From positions 1-54,175 of the forward strand of contig NW_024705330.1 of NCBI RefSeq assembly GCF_018977255.1: a DNA stretch of 54,175 bases. Reading direction: 5' to 3'. Made by a program: the position numbers and the translations under genes. Below the pieces are notes generated by a model. The model did not search any database. It was not told the DNA's origin and saw only the letters and a program-made list of their open reading frames with translations. The DNA is from Callorhinchus milii (taxonomy: Eukaryota). This document shows, piece by piece, positions 11,172 to 24,699 of the stretch; the first letter of the stretch is position 1; the number at the start of each line of letters is the position of its first letter.

Positions 11172-14100
11172 ATCGCGATGATTTTGCCGGAGAATAGTGC
11201 ACTTACTTGTGTCGAAGCTCGACAATGTCTTTTCACAACTCACCTTGACACGCCCGCGGCCAACTGGCAAACCTTCAATCAAGCGGCAATAAGGAGCTAC
11301 CGACTGTCCCAGACGGTGGTCATTCTCTAGACAGGGCCCACTACTGCACATACCTATCAGAATTGGGCGGGTATGTATTGCGGCCTCACCCTCCACCCTC
11401 TACTAAAGCGCACGGAAACGCATGAATAAAGCACTGCAAACGATGTGGAGCCAGTCTCACTTTGCGCAGTGTTAGACTCCCAGTACTTGCAAAGCCTCAG
11501 GCGTAAGATTGCAAATATCCCTATCTCGTCTGGCGACTTGGTCTAAATTTAGCATCGTAAGTTCTTAGAAGTGTAGATCCCGCAGTTACCCCTTGGCTAA
11601 ACAAGGATTAGCTCCCCTAGGTGGTCTGGCTGGAAAGATTACCTGTTTGTTTTAAGTACACAATGTCATCACCATGTAGTTTCGGTCTGTGTAACACATG
11701 ATTAGTATCACAAGGTGGGTCGCGCGGAGTGACAATGTCGGGTCAGAGGTTCATAATGTAATACTAGAGGGCAATTTGTCCGGTGATTTATACGGTGCGC
11801 AGATAGCACTCACGGGCACCATTCTCCGTGTTCGAAGATTGGAGAACATAGCTATAACGTGACCTGGTGGGGCTCGAGACGCAAGTTTAAAGCTCATTCA
11901 TTATTATCGCGCCTACTCTTCACTTCCCCGTCTATGAATTCAGTCTTTGACTATTTGGTGAATGTGGAGTAAAATACCAGCCTGTTGGGGGGAACTGGAC
12001 ACCCACGGCCGCAAGTGGAATTCCGCCAGCCGATTCTGCCGCATATACCACGCGAGGTCGGGTCGGAAGCCATGTTAGGGGCGGTCTGCCTCGAGTATGA
12101 GAATAGTAGTCCAATGGTCGGCCCCACTTACACTACGTCATGGGTGGAGGGCAGCCATCAGATCAATCATAATGGTTGGCAGTGCTTGTTTTGTAAACTA
12201 TGAATTGTAGGTCTCGTAAGAAGTTCGGCACCATCGCCCCATCGAAGAATCCACCAGAATCGTGAAGAAGATCCCGTCCAGATAACCCAAGCGATGCCGA
12301 CCACGGATCGGGGGCTAGGGGGCTCACATCCTAAACACCGGCCTGTTTATTTGCCCAATTTGTAATATACTTAGTCGCGATTAGGGGACCTTTCAAGATA
12401 CGTACGTTTGCTCTGACGCCGGAGTGATCGCTCGGATCCGGAACGTGGCTGATGACTGGGGTAGGACCTAGGTGATTGATCATCGGGATCGGATCCATCC
12501 GTAGATCCCACAATGCGAATCCTTGGAATAGTTAGCGATCCTGAGTGCACAGTGGCAGAAACCATGAGTTTTGAAATATATGGGACAGGTTGCAGACGAT
12601 AGTACTCATACGCTTTTTTGGGAGGGCGGCCGAAATTATTGGGGTCGTTGAAGTAATTCGAGGACCAGGAATTAACGGCAGATTGTGACGAATGGTCTTT
12701 TCTAGGGAATGAATGAAAAATAGGCGCATCATATAGTGCATTGCAACGAGCAGTTCGCGAGTTGATGTTATAAGAGAACCCTTGCGCAACGACATTGATT
12801 GATCATGCCTCTATTACAAGATAATCCGAGTTCGGGTAGGCACCAGACGTAATCGCACAGGGGGCGGCCGTGTAGAGATTCCAAGAGGAGTCGGGGTATA
12901 GCTCGATCCTCAGTTGCTTGAGTCTCTGGTGGGCCTCGGGGAACACTCAATCCAAGGTCGAAGGAGTGGCAAGGCGATCTAAGTGCCCGACTGCAAGGAT
13001 CCATTACATAGAGGACAGCGCTGCCTGGTCGCCGGTGCCTTAATGAGGCGCTGGGTTATGGACACGGTGGTAAATTCACCCTTCATTTTCCGTCGATATG
13101 TAAGTTTGGAGTAGAGGTCATACCCTCAGCCGATTGAGAATACATGGCTAGGTCTTTGTTACGCTGCCATAATCGTTTGGCTCTGCCTTCTGTCCATTCC
13201 AGGGCGCAACGCGATCCCCATAGTATCTTTTCTGCAGATATCGTTGGTAACCATAGGGTATGAATAAGCACCAAACGTTGTGGAGCAACTGTAACCCGCA
13301 TTTCATGGACAGGGTCTACACAAAAAGTCGTGGGGCTGGATCCTACCAATGTTCTCATAAATGAATTCAAACGCTCTCGCAGGCCCCTAATAGCAATCAC
13401 CCCAACCACTGATTATCGGGACCTTTCCACCGAATTACCTTAATTAAACCTAACGCTCGGGATACGGGACCATGCCCGCTGGCACAAGACCTTGGGTCGC
13501 TAATAACGAGGCCGCATGACCAACTAATGGTGCCCTAAACGGGGTCCTCCCGCCAATATCCAGTAGAATCAATACGCTGAGAATGGATTTATATGAGATC
13601 CGTGGTCTATTCGTACAAATTCCTGACCCATACTGATGTGCGATAAAGTGTCATCATTACACGCGGTATATGAAGAATTCGGACAACACTGCGCACGTCC
13701 ACGGTCAGCCCGGGTCAAAGCCACAAGGTAAAGAAGAGATCACCTAAGGATAGCCTTACTATACAGTGTAATGTAGCGTGAGCGTCAATGCTATGATATG
13801 CTCCCATGCATTCCCCATACGAGCCCGCGATGATGTGTTGTAGCACAGTAATAAGTGACATGAATCTTGTGGGCAGGCAGTAGCTCTAGAGCGCACCGGC
13901 TGTATATGGGCAGAAGCACTATTTGCCCCGGCGCTTTCCACCGCACAATTGATCCAAGAACTGTTGCATTATGACACCTAAACTTCCGCTTCTTCAGGCA
14001 CGCCATGCAAAGTGCTCACATTGCCTTAAGTCTAGTCCGACTGGCTATAATACAAGTAGCTGAACTCGGCCAACTTCAACGCGCGTAGCACCAGGTTTTT

Positions 14101-17100
14101 TAGTCCTAGCAAGTGATGGATACCTTTGCAGTGATACGCATCTAGGCAGTGTATATGTACGTACTACTGCCGCGTCAGGGCCGAGGTCTCCATCCCTGCG
14201 GAGTACTGTTGAACTTAGAGTCGTATAGGGACAATTACTTTCATTCATCCTTGCCTAGTAGTGCCACTATATGAAGTTATTACGTAGTATAGGCTGCTTT
14301 TTTAAGCAGGTAATCGCATTTGGACTCTGTGTGATGCTCCGCGTAGGTGGTACAAACCTGCCCCTAAGAGGGAGAGACAAGATCGGTAGAATATATGAAA
14401 CATGCCAGCTCATTCCGACCTGATCAACATCCAGGCCCTATTCCCGTCTTACTACAATGGTCGCCAGTCTCAGCATGGTAGACCCGGGGGCATGCGTTAA
14501 CAGAGCCAGACAATTTACAGTGACGACATGATCGTGTTGAACACTATTTCGCTGAAACACTAAGCGTGCGGAAGGTGTTTATGACATACGAACACCGAAT
14601 CAACCCTGTGGGGGCTCTCTGGTCATAGTTCGGCGCGTGAGGTTTAAGCCATGAAAACCGATCCGATGTGCTTTCTTGAGTGTAGCGGGTGACCAGGCAC
14701 TGCTCTGGCTAACTCGGGATCCGTGCCTCCTTCGAGTCGACGATTGTACCAGCTCTTGGTATCCGTGCGCCCGGAAACTACTAGCGGAAGAGTTTAATTA
14801 TATCGCAACGACGACATATCTCACACAACCCGACAGACCAACCTTTATGACTCGCGGGACCTTGCTCCAAGCAATTAGGAACAGGGACCCCAATCTTTAG
14901 CTTGGTCCGGTTAATCAGGCAATTTCAAGAGAGAGATTTCACAAATTTCGCAATAAACAGGCCCACCCTAGCGGTGTCTGGAGCAGACTAGATATCACTA
15001 ATGCTTAGGGTAGGCCGAGCGCCTGCACGACATTACCCCCTCTAGTTAGATCCTACGCAGAATCCACCCTGCCCCAAAATGGAATTTTGACGAATAAATA
15101 AAAATGATGTTTCCCCTTCCCGGTTAAGGGATGCACTTCTGACAGTGTCTTAGGCAATGTGACTGGTCATGCGGGAGATTGCATTGCAAGCAGTCATAAA
15201 CTGAGCCGCGTGGTTCGGCCTTGCCTCTCGGCTTAAAGTAGCTGTGTCATAAAGTGTAAAGGCAACGCCGGGAGGCCAAGTAATACCGATACGAAACGTA
15301 GGATGCGACGATACCACGGCAGGATTAGTCAATCTGGGGAACTTACACATCCTTTGGCTCACTGGTCGGTTAGAGCCGCCAGGGGTAAGGCACGACAGAC
15401 GCTAGGCTGGAATCTGAGCAATGGATTGTTGGGGCGTTTGTTTAATTTTCCGGTTCTTCGTCATCGTGACCAAGTCGTAACAATGGTCGAGGTATTAACC
15501 CGAGTCACTGTGGTCGCAGTTTCATGGCAACAAAACTCGGCTGCTCCGGATGTGACTTTCACAGCTCAAGAGACAAAACGCTGGGTTGCTAGACCTAGAC
15601 AGTAGTCAGGAGCCCTCTGAACGCCGCGTTAACCAACGGTATGGATGTCTTTTTCTGTAACGCCTACACGGTGACTTTATGGTGGAGCCTGCTGATCTTA
15701 TACATTACATTCGTGAAAAGGCGAACAGTGGATCAGAAGCAAGAAGCCTCATAAGTAACGGTTGGCTCTTCGCTCTCGGATCGTTGGCTCTTAAGCACTA
15801 AGAATACTATTACTTCGAAGGAGATTCCAGGCCATCATCCAGTGTCCAACATCACCGGGGTCTCCATATAGACCGACCAAGTCGCGACATATCTACCATC
15901 AATCAACCACTAATGGTTATCTTTGCATTATGGCGGCAGAACAGGCTTGCCCAAATTGGCGGTCTTGACTAAAGGATGAGCTTCTAGGCTTGACTATTGA
16001 AGCCCGCCGGGAGGGTGAGGTGTCCCACAACCTGCGTACCCCCGGCTCCATGAATGAAAATTTTAAATACGAACGTGTCACGCGCTCGAAGCCGTCGATT
16101 GATCAACACTATCGGAGTCTATTTGATGCTCTCTGTACAGCAAAACATGCTATGCGCAAATCCACTACGACTATCACTTGCACGGTGATCACGCAACTTG
16201 ATGAGCGTCGCCGACCGTAGGTCATCCAATGCGTCAGGACTGGCATATCTTAAGTCGAACGCATAAGTTCACCCCTTACCCATCAGGTGGACCTACCTGG
16301 TCATCCGAGGGTTTCCCGGATTGAATATTCCCTGAATCCTTTCGTCTAGTGGAGCTTAGTGCACGAAATTTTGCGTATGGTATACACCCTGTATCTGCTA
16401 AGTTTTGTGTGCACGATCGCCTCTATCAGGTCTCGGCCTCGCCTAGCAACAGAAGACCTTACTCCTAGGGATTGAAAATCAGCTGTACGTCAGCAACGAA
16501 ATTCATGTGAGAAGTTCCCCACAGTGACGAGGTATCTCAACCTCTCACTTAAATGCACAACGGTGAGACCATAGTCAGTCGGGATAAGCACGGGTCCCCG
16601 AGCCGAGACCTAGGTAATGTGGGAATCAGCTAAACGTTAAGTTCCCGTTGAACCCTCTTCGTTAAAAGCCATTAGTAGCGCTGGTGTTACCAGCACAATA
16701 AATTATAGATTGTGTTGGAATCCTTTCAAGTTGGGACAAGCGCCCCGCGTTTTAGGACCCCTCAGATAGCGGCCCGCTTTTCCGTAGTTGACTTTAGTAG
16801 ATTTGACACCCCTTCAGTTCGTTTATCCCACAATGAAACGGGACCCACAGGAACACATCCCTTTTAACGGTGTTAGGTGCTGAGCACCTACGGATGCCGA
16901 TTTGAGCATATATCTGATTACGATAGGGAGTTGGTAAATGAATAGAGCTACTTAGAAGCAGCCACCGATTTGCCCGGTGAGTATCGAGCTCGGAACGTTA
17001 CTGGACTCAGTCGCACCTGTTTTTAGGCCTGCCGGTTACGGAAGGATCAAGATTTGGTTGCACCTTTTTTAAACAAAATCTCTGTCTCCTCATTAATATC

Positions 17101-20100
17101 ATTTTGGCTCGGTTTGGGTACTAACGTTCCAACAACCCGTAACCCAACCCGTCTGCAAGCCCACAACGTTACACTCCAATATGTCATTCATCGCGGACAA
17201 CAAATAGTTCACTAGTCGCCATGTACGTGCGGTCGTTGAGATCATTGTAGTATACATCTAGCCCCAGCTAGCATGGCGCGGATTTTTATATTGTATGCCT
17301 GCGGACGACGCTTTATGGAGGGGCAGAGAAGCAAGCAACCAATGTAGACCGATACGCGTGCACTAACAGACTAGGTTGGGGCAACCAGGATCGCGTTGTA
17401 CCCATTTGACAACCGTATCCCCTGCCCATCAATTAAGCACCGGTTCGGCGTTACGCTCTGGTTACAACTGCTGTAGCCCATAGTAGCTCACGACGAAATG
17501 GCCCGACTTAGTTGGCAGCTATCGCCTCATGAGGAGTAGCTAGGGGCGTGAGACCAACGCCTTGACAGCTCGCGTATTGAAGCAGCCGTTCGGCCGGATT
17601 GAGTCGGCAGCGACCTCTAGGGACATGATACTATCGAAAGTGATACAAACGACATGATGATGCTAGTGAGTTTCGACTGAGATCTCTACAATATTAAGTT
17701 ACGAGAAGCCGACCGATTGCGCCGAAACGGGAGCGAGATAATGCCCGTAGCGATAAGTAGACTTCTCCAAGGAAAGAGAATCTTGAACCAAGGTAATATC
17801 ATAATGGTTATAGAGGTATCCCACATGAGATTACCTCAACGCCGACGTAGTAGCCGAACGGATGCGTATCCTGCAGTTAGCCGTCGTCGCTACAGGAGAC
17901 GGACAGTGCTTAACTGAGGGGAACTACAGTGAGCGGTTGGAGAACCTCAGTATTATACACAGTTCGAGTCCCCACACTCGATAGTGTGAGAATGCTATCG
18001 TAGATTCCATGTCCTAAAGCACGATGTCTCTTGTAGCCGCCGTTTTACGGCCGAAAGTGTATGATGTAGGGGGGGCGCTACCCGCGGGACGACCACTACT
18101 CGCTGCTTGTCATTCACTTTGTTTAGACAATTGAGCCGCCTCACTTTGTGGGCACTGTTGTTGGTTGGTTACTCGTTCTCGTTCGATCCCCATTGTAGGG
18201 TTAGGGGTGCGGAATTTGGTGCTTCACATAATTGACGCTGCCAACTCGTTGGCGGGCTAAATGTTAAAGATTACTCTACATACGAGTCGTGTCAATTTGT
18301 GCGCCCCTAATTGGACCCTGCCTATTAGGGGCAGACCAACAAAGATTCGTAAACGACGGCGATATGGGTCGCCCATCATAATCTGAGGCAGTACCGTATA
18401 CGTATCCAAATGTCCAATAATATTGAAATCAAACATACGATTGTGATGCGCAAGAGAATAATCGCAAGGGATATCAGGGATAATCACGCGAAAGTCCCGG
18501 ACGCTCCTAAGAACGTGCGCCCAGATCCTCCACCACCAAGATTCCATTAAACATGTGCCCGGTAAGACTCGATCGAAGGCAAGCCCGTGGAACATCGATT
18601 TGCACTTAGTGACATCATCCTCCGTCAGAGGGAATAGGCGCAGTCTTCGACTCGCAACCAGAGAGAGCCGAGGGTCGGTTGCCAATCAACGGTTACCTCA
18701 TTCCCATCAGAAGGGACAGATAGCCGTCAAGCGGCGGAAACTCTCCAAGCCCTGGGTTCACCTCAGTTACATCACCGCAGGTGCAATGTTCAGGTTACGG
18801 CAAACAGGTGCGCACCAGCACATTTTGGAGACGGGTCGAAAAAGCGATCATATAAAGCTGTGAGCAGGCCTACCGTTCAGTTCAATTGAAGGGATGGTTA
18901 ACACACTAAGGCCCTGAGCATCGGAAGCATTATCGACATATTAGAGTCATGCGGCTACCGGCTCCTGCAAAAGGACGCTACTACTCGAGACCCATCATGC
19001 CTCACGGTCTCGCTGACTAGGGCAAATGGTGCTAAGTCAACAATACCTTATATTCACGCTTTTATGAACATAGAAAGTTACGCGCAATGCTCGCCGCGTG
19101 GACTTTCTCAACGTAATGTCCGCATCCCATGTAAATCCTTTAAGGAGGTCTCCATGGCACCGCGCACTGGTGTAAGCGCCCCGTGATTCCGGGTCTAAGG
19201 TACCAACGCCTGCGAATCTAGAGCGAGCTCCATTCGGTTAACGAGGCGCCAGTAAGGGATTTTGCCCTGGCCTCCGCACTCGTATGCTTGATGGCGCTCT
19301 ATTGTTTGAGAGCAGGGACTGCTCAAGTCAGTTAATTTAGGAGTAGCCAACAATAAGACCGCCCGTCACTGACGCATAACACACGATAGTTAGCGAGCTA
19401 GAGTATTTACTCGCGTAGATGACACGGCCTTTCACCGCGCCAAACATACCTGTACAATCCTTTTACCGTATAAGGTGACAGGCCTCGCTGGCTTCCACAC
19501 TAGGTCAATAGTAACGTCTGCGGGGTTGGAGCATGGGGTCGTTACTCTGTTCCGTCTCGTCCCCCCGCTGCGACGCGTAACTTGCTGATTCAATTAGCCG
19601 CAGCATAGATCCGCGACTCCTTGTCTCACCCAAGCCATCGTGTCATGGTCTAATCTCTTAGAACCCGCAGGGGGGATATGGGCGACAGTCACGGCCCACC
19701 ACTACGAAACGTTATACACGACGGTAACTCCAGAGGACACGGGGAGAGGCGATCGCCGGGTCCAGATAACACCCCCCATCGGACCCATGATTTACTCTTG
19801 CGGGCATCGCCCCGGTAGCGGAACTAGAGGTGAGGCTTAGCCTTCCGATTGGGCAACAACAGTACGCTGATAGTCTTGCCACGGTGATCCTTCGCTGGTT
19901 TCCTGCGACGAGCGAAGCACTAATACTATTGATTGTCATGGTTATTTCATTGCTATCCTTTTAGAAGGCTTGCCTTTATCCGATTAGGTCCTTATTGTGA
20001 GACACGTGATGTTACCCGGTCAAATTCAAGTTCGGTGGCGTTTTGCATCGATTAAGAAGCAAAATGTCTGCAAAGATCCTTTTTCGTATCGGCGGGTACG

Positions 20101-21400
20101 TACGCGTGAGAGGAAAGGGCATTGCGAGGGATCCTGTGACAATCGGGCAGTTCGTCTCTTTTGGCCAAAGAGTTCATTGCCCTTTGACGTAATCGATTTC
20201 TTCTTTCGTGTCCCACTGATTGCATGTTGGACAAAGCAGGTGTTCACTTATCGAGACTCCTCTATTAAACAGACAAAGGTCCTAGTTCCCAATTGCGCTT
20301 AAAGATGATTATGACCCAGTGTCTTCGAATAGCTTCGGCGCCTCATAGGTTGAGGCCAGGTTGATCTATACAACTCGCGAACAGTAGCGGGGTCTTGTTT
20401 GCTCCATTCAGAGGAGATTAGATGATTGGGGTAAGACGCCGGCTACATCAGTGGCCCAAGGATACAGATGGGGTCAGGTGGTCCCCTACCGTATGCTTAG
20501 GGCCTCCCCGTATTCATCGTTCTTCTACGGTGAGGAACGTTGGAACGGTTGAGATTAGCCGACTGGTCGCACTCCTCGTTTGTGGTCTTATCGATAGGGT
20601 AATAGCCTACCTGGAGCTCCCTAGTTGCTTTTAGAAGGATTCGCGGCCAGCCTGCTGAGTGTCCATGCGTCACGCCATGGTTCGTACCGTCGTGGTGGAA
20701 AACATAAAATATATTTGGACGAGGAAATGAAAGAGGAAACATCGATGAGTATCCTTTTTGATCCTACACAGACCCGCACTCCTTGAAGCCGCGGGCGACC
20801 GAGCAGCCCTTCCGGGCAATCACATACGCTGCTAGAACGTAAGGGTGAGCAAATGAGGAGTTTCGAGCATCTCGATATTCGTGGATTTTGGCCGTGTTAT
20901 ATAGGGGCAGAGACGAAGAGCTTACTATAGATGCTTACAGTAAACCTGTTTCCATTGTTTGCAACGAGTGTCGCCGATATAGCTCTTTCATGTCAGACCT
21001 CTATTCCCCTCTGGCATTATCTGGATCATTAAAGTGGTCCAGCCATTCGATATTGCGGGTCGGTACATAATCTTCACCTGCCTTTCACTGCCGGCCTTAC
21101 TGCGAATAGGGCGCATTCTGTTTAACGACATCGAACTACAGTTCTAAGCTTTACAATGGGGGCTTGGTTTAGTCAGAGGTCGTGGACCCCATAATAGAGG
21201 CGCGACATGCGCGAACAATGAAAGAACAACGGAAACCTCCACGAGCGAAACTTCCGCGCTACAACCAGTTGCTTGCCCATTGGGCGGCATGTCCGACCCA
21301 CGGAGTATTAGCACAAAGGCTGAGGGGCGCACAAGTCCCAATCGCCTCAACAAGCATGAACGGAACAATCAGCATACTTTCTTGCTCCCTAATTTGATTT
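11172..21400. other. Featureless, random-looking ~10.2 kb block (right boundary approximate)
   Basis: Near-even base usage, no visible CpG/TpA/CTAG depletion, no microsatellites, SINEs or long homopolymers. Longest ORF in the track is 142 aa and none carries a recognisable motif. Confidence 0.8.
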
Positions 21401-21873
21401 GAGGAGATAAGAGTGGGGTAAAGTTCTCTGACGCGATCAATTGGAGAATTGGATGCGCCGTGAGTTGATTCCGTTGAAGAAGCACATAGCCGGTAGAATA
21501 GAAATGGTTTTACGAGACGTGAGAGCCCAGAGGTCTATAGATAAGACTTGAATAATAAAGGTAGTATTTGGAACAAACGCAATTCAGGGTGTTTCAGTGC
21601 AATTGAGGAGCAGCAGAGTAGCAGTTAGCGTGCTGCTTTATGAACCCAGTGACCCGAGTTACTTGGTAGGATGAAACTAGATTTGTTGTATTCGTATATT
21701 TGTTTATCTTTCCTACACTCTACACTTCTATCGTGTTTTTGCATTGTTGTTGTAACTTTCAGACCTGCCCCAATTGAACATCTGTAAAAAAGAGCTTCAT
21801 AGATCATTGGATTCCTCCAGGATAAATTAAGATTCTGATTTCACTTGACTCGAGTGTGATTTCAAAGTGACAG

Positions 21874-22178
21874 AAGCTCGTGACTGTTGGTGCGACGGCC
21901 TGCAAGCAACTGTGACCCCAACTGCGATCTGTCTGCGTTTGCATACAACCGGATATTGGCGACATGCCCACCGTGACGCGTTGCGACCTCTCGCCCGACG
22001 ACGGCCTGCCGGAGGAGGAGGAGGCCAGCCCGTCCTGCTGGGGCGGCTTTTGTCGGAAGGGGCCACGTAGATCAGTGGCCGACAAGGCCCTCCTGAAGGC
22101 CTAGGATAAGCTCTCTAAGACCCAGGCGAGGGCGCGCCAGGTCCTCCAGAAAAACGTCCTGCAAGATCAGCAGACCAG
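21874..22178 (+). pseudogene. Possible decayed exon (two in-frame stops)
   Basis: GC3-rich codons reading ...PDIGDMPTVTRCDLSPDDGLPEEEEASPSCWGGFCRK...DKALLKA*DKLSKTQARARQVLQKNVLQDQQT, ending AG|gtgaaa. Acceptor is weak. Confidence 0.3.
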
Positions 22179-22269
22179 GTGAAAGGATTGAACTTGGCAC
22201 AGTTGTGAGGGACAGGGGTGGGGGGATACGGCGCACAGTTAGAGACTCACCCGGTCTCAGGTGACGCTA

Positions 22270-22423
22270 AACGCATGATGTTGATTCTAAATGTGGAGGG
22301 AAAAACTGTATGTGACCACGGGGAGAGAATGCTAACTGCATATATACCACAGGGGTCAGGGTCGAGATCAAACCCACGAGCACCTGTATACCAGGCAGGA
22401 TAGTTAACATCTCGCCACCGTGG
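22270..22423 (-). mobile_element. tRNA-derived SINE copy
   Basis: Similar to 2870-3122 (atgttgattctaaatgtggag...ctgtataccagg...gttaacatctcgccaccg). Confidence 0.65.
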
Positions 22424-22869
22424 CACCCTTAAAGATAAGGCGTGTTGAAGCAATGCTCCTAGTGGGACAGCGAGGCTCTCATCGAAGCGGTTCTGAAAAG
22501 TAGTTCTGTAATGCCACCTTCTTGGGCACCGCGAGAGCACGCGAGTGATGAGGGGGTGGAGTCGTTCTGTTGCAGGAACAACCGCCCAGGTAGAAATGGA
22601 CTGGGATGCACCCGTCAGGCTTGTGGATGAATCGACGGCCTTCCTCACCCACACGACGGACAAGTGGCTGTACTGGAGATACGGCAGAAGCTTGACCATG
22701 AGCAACACCAGCATGAGCATCCACTTCGCCGGCACCGGGAGCAGCAACATCAGCAGTAGCTCTAGATTTGAAGCTTTTGTGACTGCAAGGATTCATATTC
22801 TTACTTCTTTCGGTAAAGTCACGTAGGTAAAAAATGAAATAAAAAATTAATCAAAATAAACAATAAAAA

Positions 22870-22912
22870 TCACGACGTTTCGGAGGCAACACAAGCTTCC
22901 GTCTTCAGGTGA
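22870..22912 (-). ncRNA. Minimal type I hammerhead ribozyme (Penelope pLTR)
   Basis: Reverse complement of 24196-24238. Confidence 0.85.
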
Positions 22913-24195
22913 AACCGTCACAGCAAAATATCTGTACCTTATATAGTGGTTAAGGGGGAGGAGCCAGGAAGGGCAGCGGGGGAGGAGGAGTTGTTAAGTG
23001 GTCAATTACTGCTTTTGTTATACTGCTGGGTGGGTAAATGAATTAGATACGATTAAGCCGCTCTTTGTTATGCTGTTTGTGCGCAAGTCACTGTGGGATG
23101 AATGGACTCGTGGTCAGGGACGTGTTGCGCAAGTAACTGTGGATGTACATAATAGAAAAGGAGCGTAAATGCCCATGTTTATACCAGTGTTGGCTGACAA
23201 TAAAGAGTACTGTTAAACGTTAGGGATGCTAACACTCGGTGAAGTAAAATAGTGCCTGTAAGATAAGATGGTCCAAAAATGTGTAATTAAATATTTTTTG
23301 CATGGTTGATAACATCTTTCCAATGATTACTAAGTTTGTACCTATCATCACGGTTGAAATTATGTCTGTGTTTGTATATCTGAATGGCTTCGTGTACAAA
23401 CCTTTGATGGTAGCCAGAAGGCTTGCAGAGCACCTTAGTCTCGGAGAAAACAATCTCATGAGAGCCACCGAGTTGTAGCAATGATCGGCAACGGCGGACG
23501 ATTCAATTTTGCGCTGTGGTGACTGTTACATTGGGGAAACGAAACGTTATGTCTCTGATCGTGTCCGCGAGCACAAGTCAGATTTGAAACACGGTAAAAT
23601 TGAGTCGTCCGCCGTTGCCGATCATTGCTACAACTCGGTAGGCTCTAATGAGATTGTTTTCTCCGAGACTAAGGTGCTCTGCAAGCCTTCTGGCTACCAT
23701 CAAAGGTTTGTACACTAAGCCATTCAGATATACAAACACAGACATAATTTCAACCGTGATGATAGGTACAAACTTAGTAATCATTGGAAAGATGTTATCA
23801 ACCATGCAAAAAAGATTTAATTACACATTTTTGGACCATCTTATCTGACAGGCACTATTTTACTTCACCGAGTGTTAACATCCCTAACGTTTAACAGTAC
23901 TCTTTATTGTCAGCCAACACTGGTATAAACATGGGCATTTACGCTCCTTTTCTATTATGTACATCCACAGTTACTTGCGCAACACGTCCCTGACCACGAG
24001 TCCATTCATCCCACAGTGACTTGCGCACAAACAGCATAACAAAGAGCGGCTTAATCGTATCTAATTCATTTACCCACCCAGCAGTATAACAAAAGCAGTA
24101 ATTGACCACTTAACAACTCCTCCTCCCCCGCTGCCCTTCCTGGCTCCTCCCCCCTTAACCACTATATAAGGTACAGATATTTTGCTGTGACGGTT

Positions 24196-24238
24196 TCACC
24201 TGAAGACGGAAGCTTGTGTTGCCTCCGAAACGTCGTGA
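24196..24238 (+). ncRNA. Minimal type I hammerhead ribozyme (Penelope pLTR)
   Basis: tcac-CTGAAGA-c-ggaagc/ttgtgtt/gcctcc-GAAA-cg-TC-gtga: CUGANGA and GAAA core, GUC cleavage triplet, stem I tcac/gtga, palindromic ACGT stem III. Confidence 0.85.
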
Positions 24239-24699
24239 TTTTTATTGTTTTATTTTGATTCATTTTTTATTTCATTTTTTACCTACGTGACTTTACCGAA
24301 AGAACTAAGCGTATCAGCAGTAGCGGCAGCAGCAGTGATGGCAGCAGTGGCTACCTGGCACAGTCGGAGTCATCCAAATAGTTGGCAGACTCCTCGGTCA
24401 TCGATTACAGTGATGATGGCTCCCTCCATGGCGAACCTTGCATCCCTCTGCCTCTTGAGCTGGTAAATATATATCTCTGTAGCGTTTGTTAAACTTTTTT
24501 GTCCTTCGAACCACTCACCCTTGTGACAAAACGCATTCCACTTCTCTCAATGCATGTCATACAAATGATTAATATTACCATTTTGTGTGTAAATGCAGCT
24601 GAATAGTTTTTATTTTTATAGGGGGCATTTAGATCTTGGGGTTTGTGTAGTTTAATCAGGGTAGTTTACCAAATTTATATTTAAAGTATTAATTAACGT

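Larger units (their letters stand above)
22761..24312. mobile_element. Penelope-like element: 5'-truncated copy with inverted duplication
   Basis: ~700-bp inverted arms (22807-23510 and 23596-24304). The + strand encodes a GIY-YIG remnant (CGDCYIGETKR..RVREH..SAVADH..NFNRDD). 12-bp TSD atcagcagtagc at 22749-22760 and 24313-24324. Confidence 0.9.

Noticed and set aside
15761..15793. gttggctctt repeated twice, plus small hairpins at ~16680 and ~17972
   Set aside because: Isolated matches of this size are expected by chance in 10 kb.
11172..21400. Short ORFs (60-142 aa) as a viral or bacterial gene cluster
   Set aside because: Low coding density, no motifs, no strand organisation; lengths look like chance expectation.
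22443..22760. GC-rich possible exon continuing at 24325-24462 across the Penelope insertion
   Set aside because: No frame is convincing and splice signals are weak.
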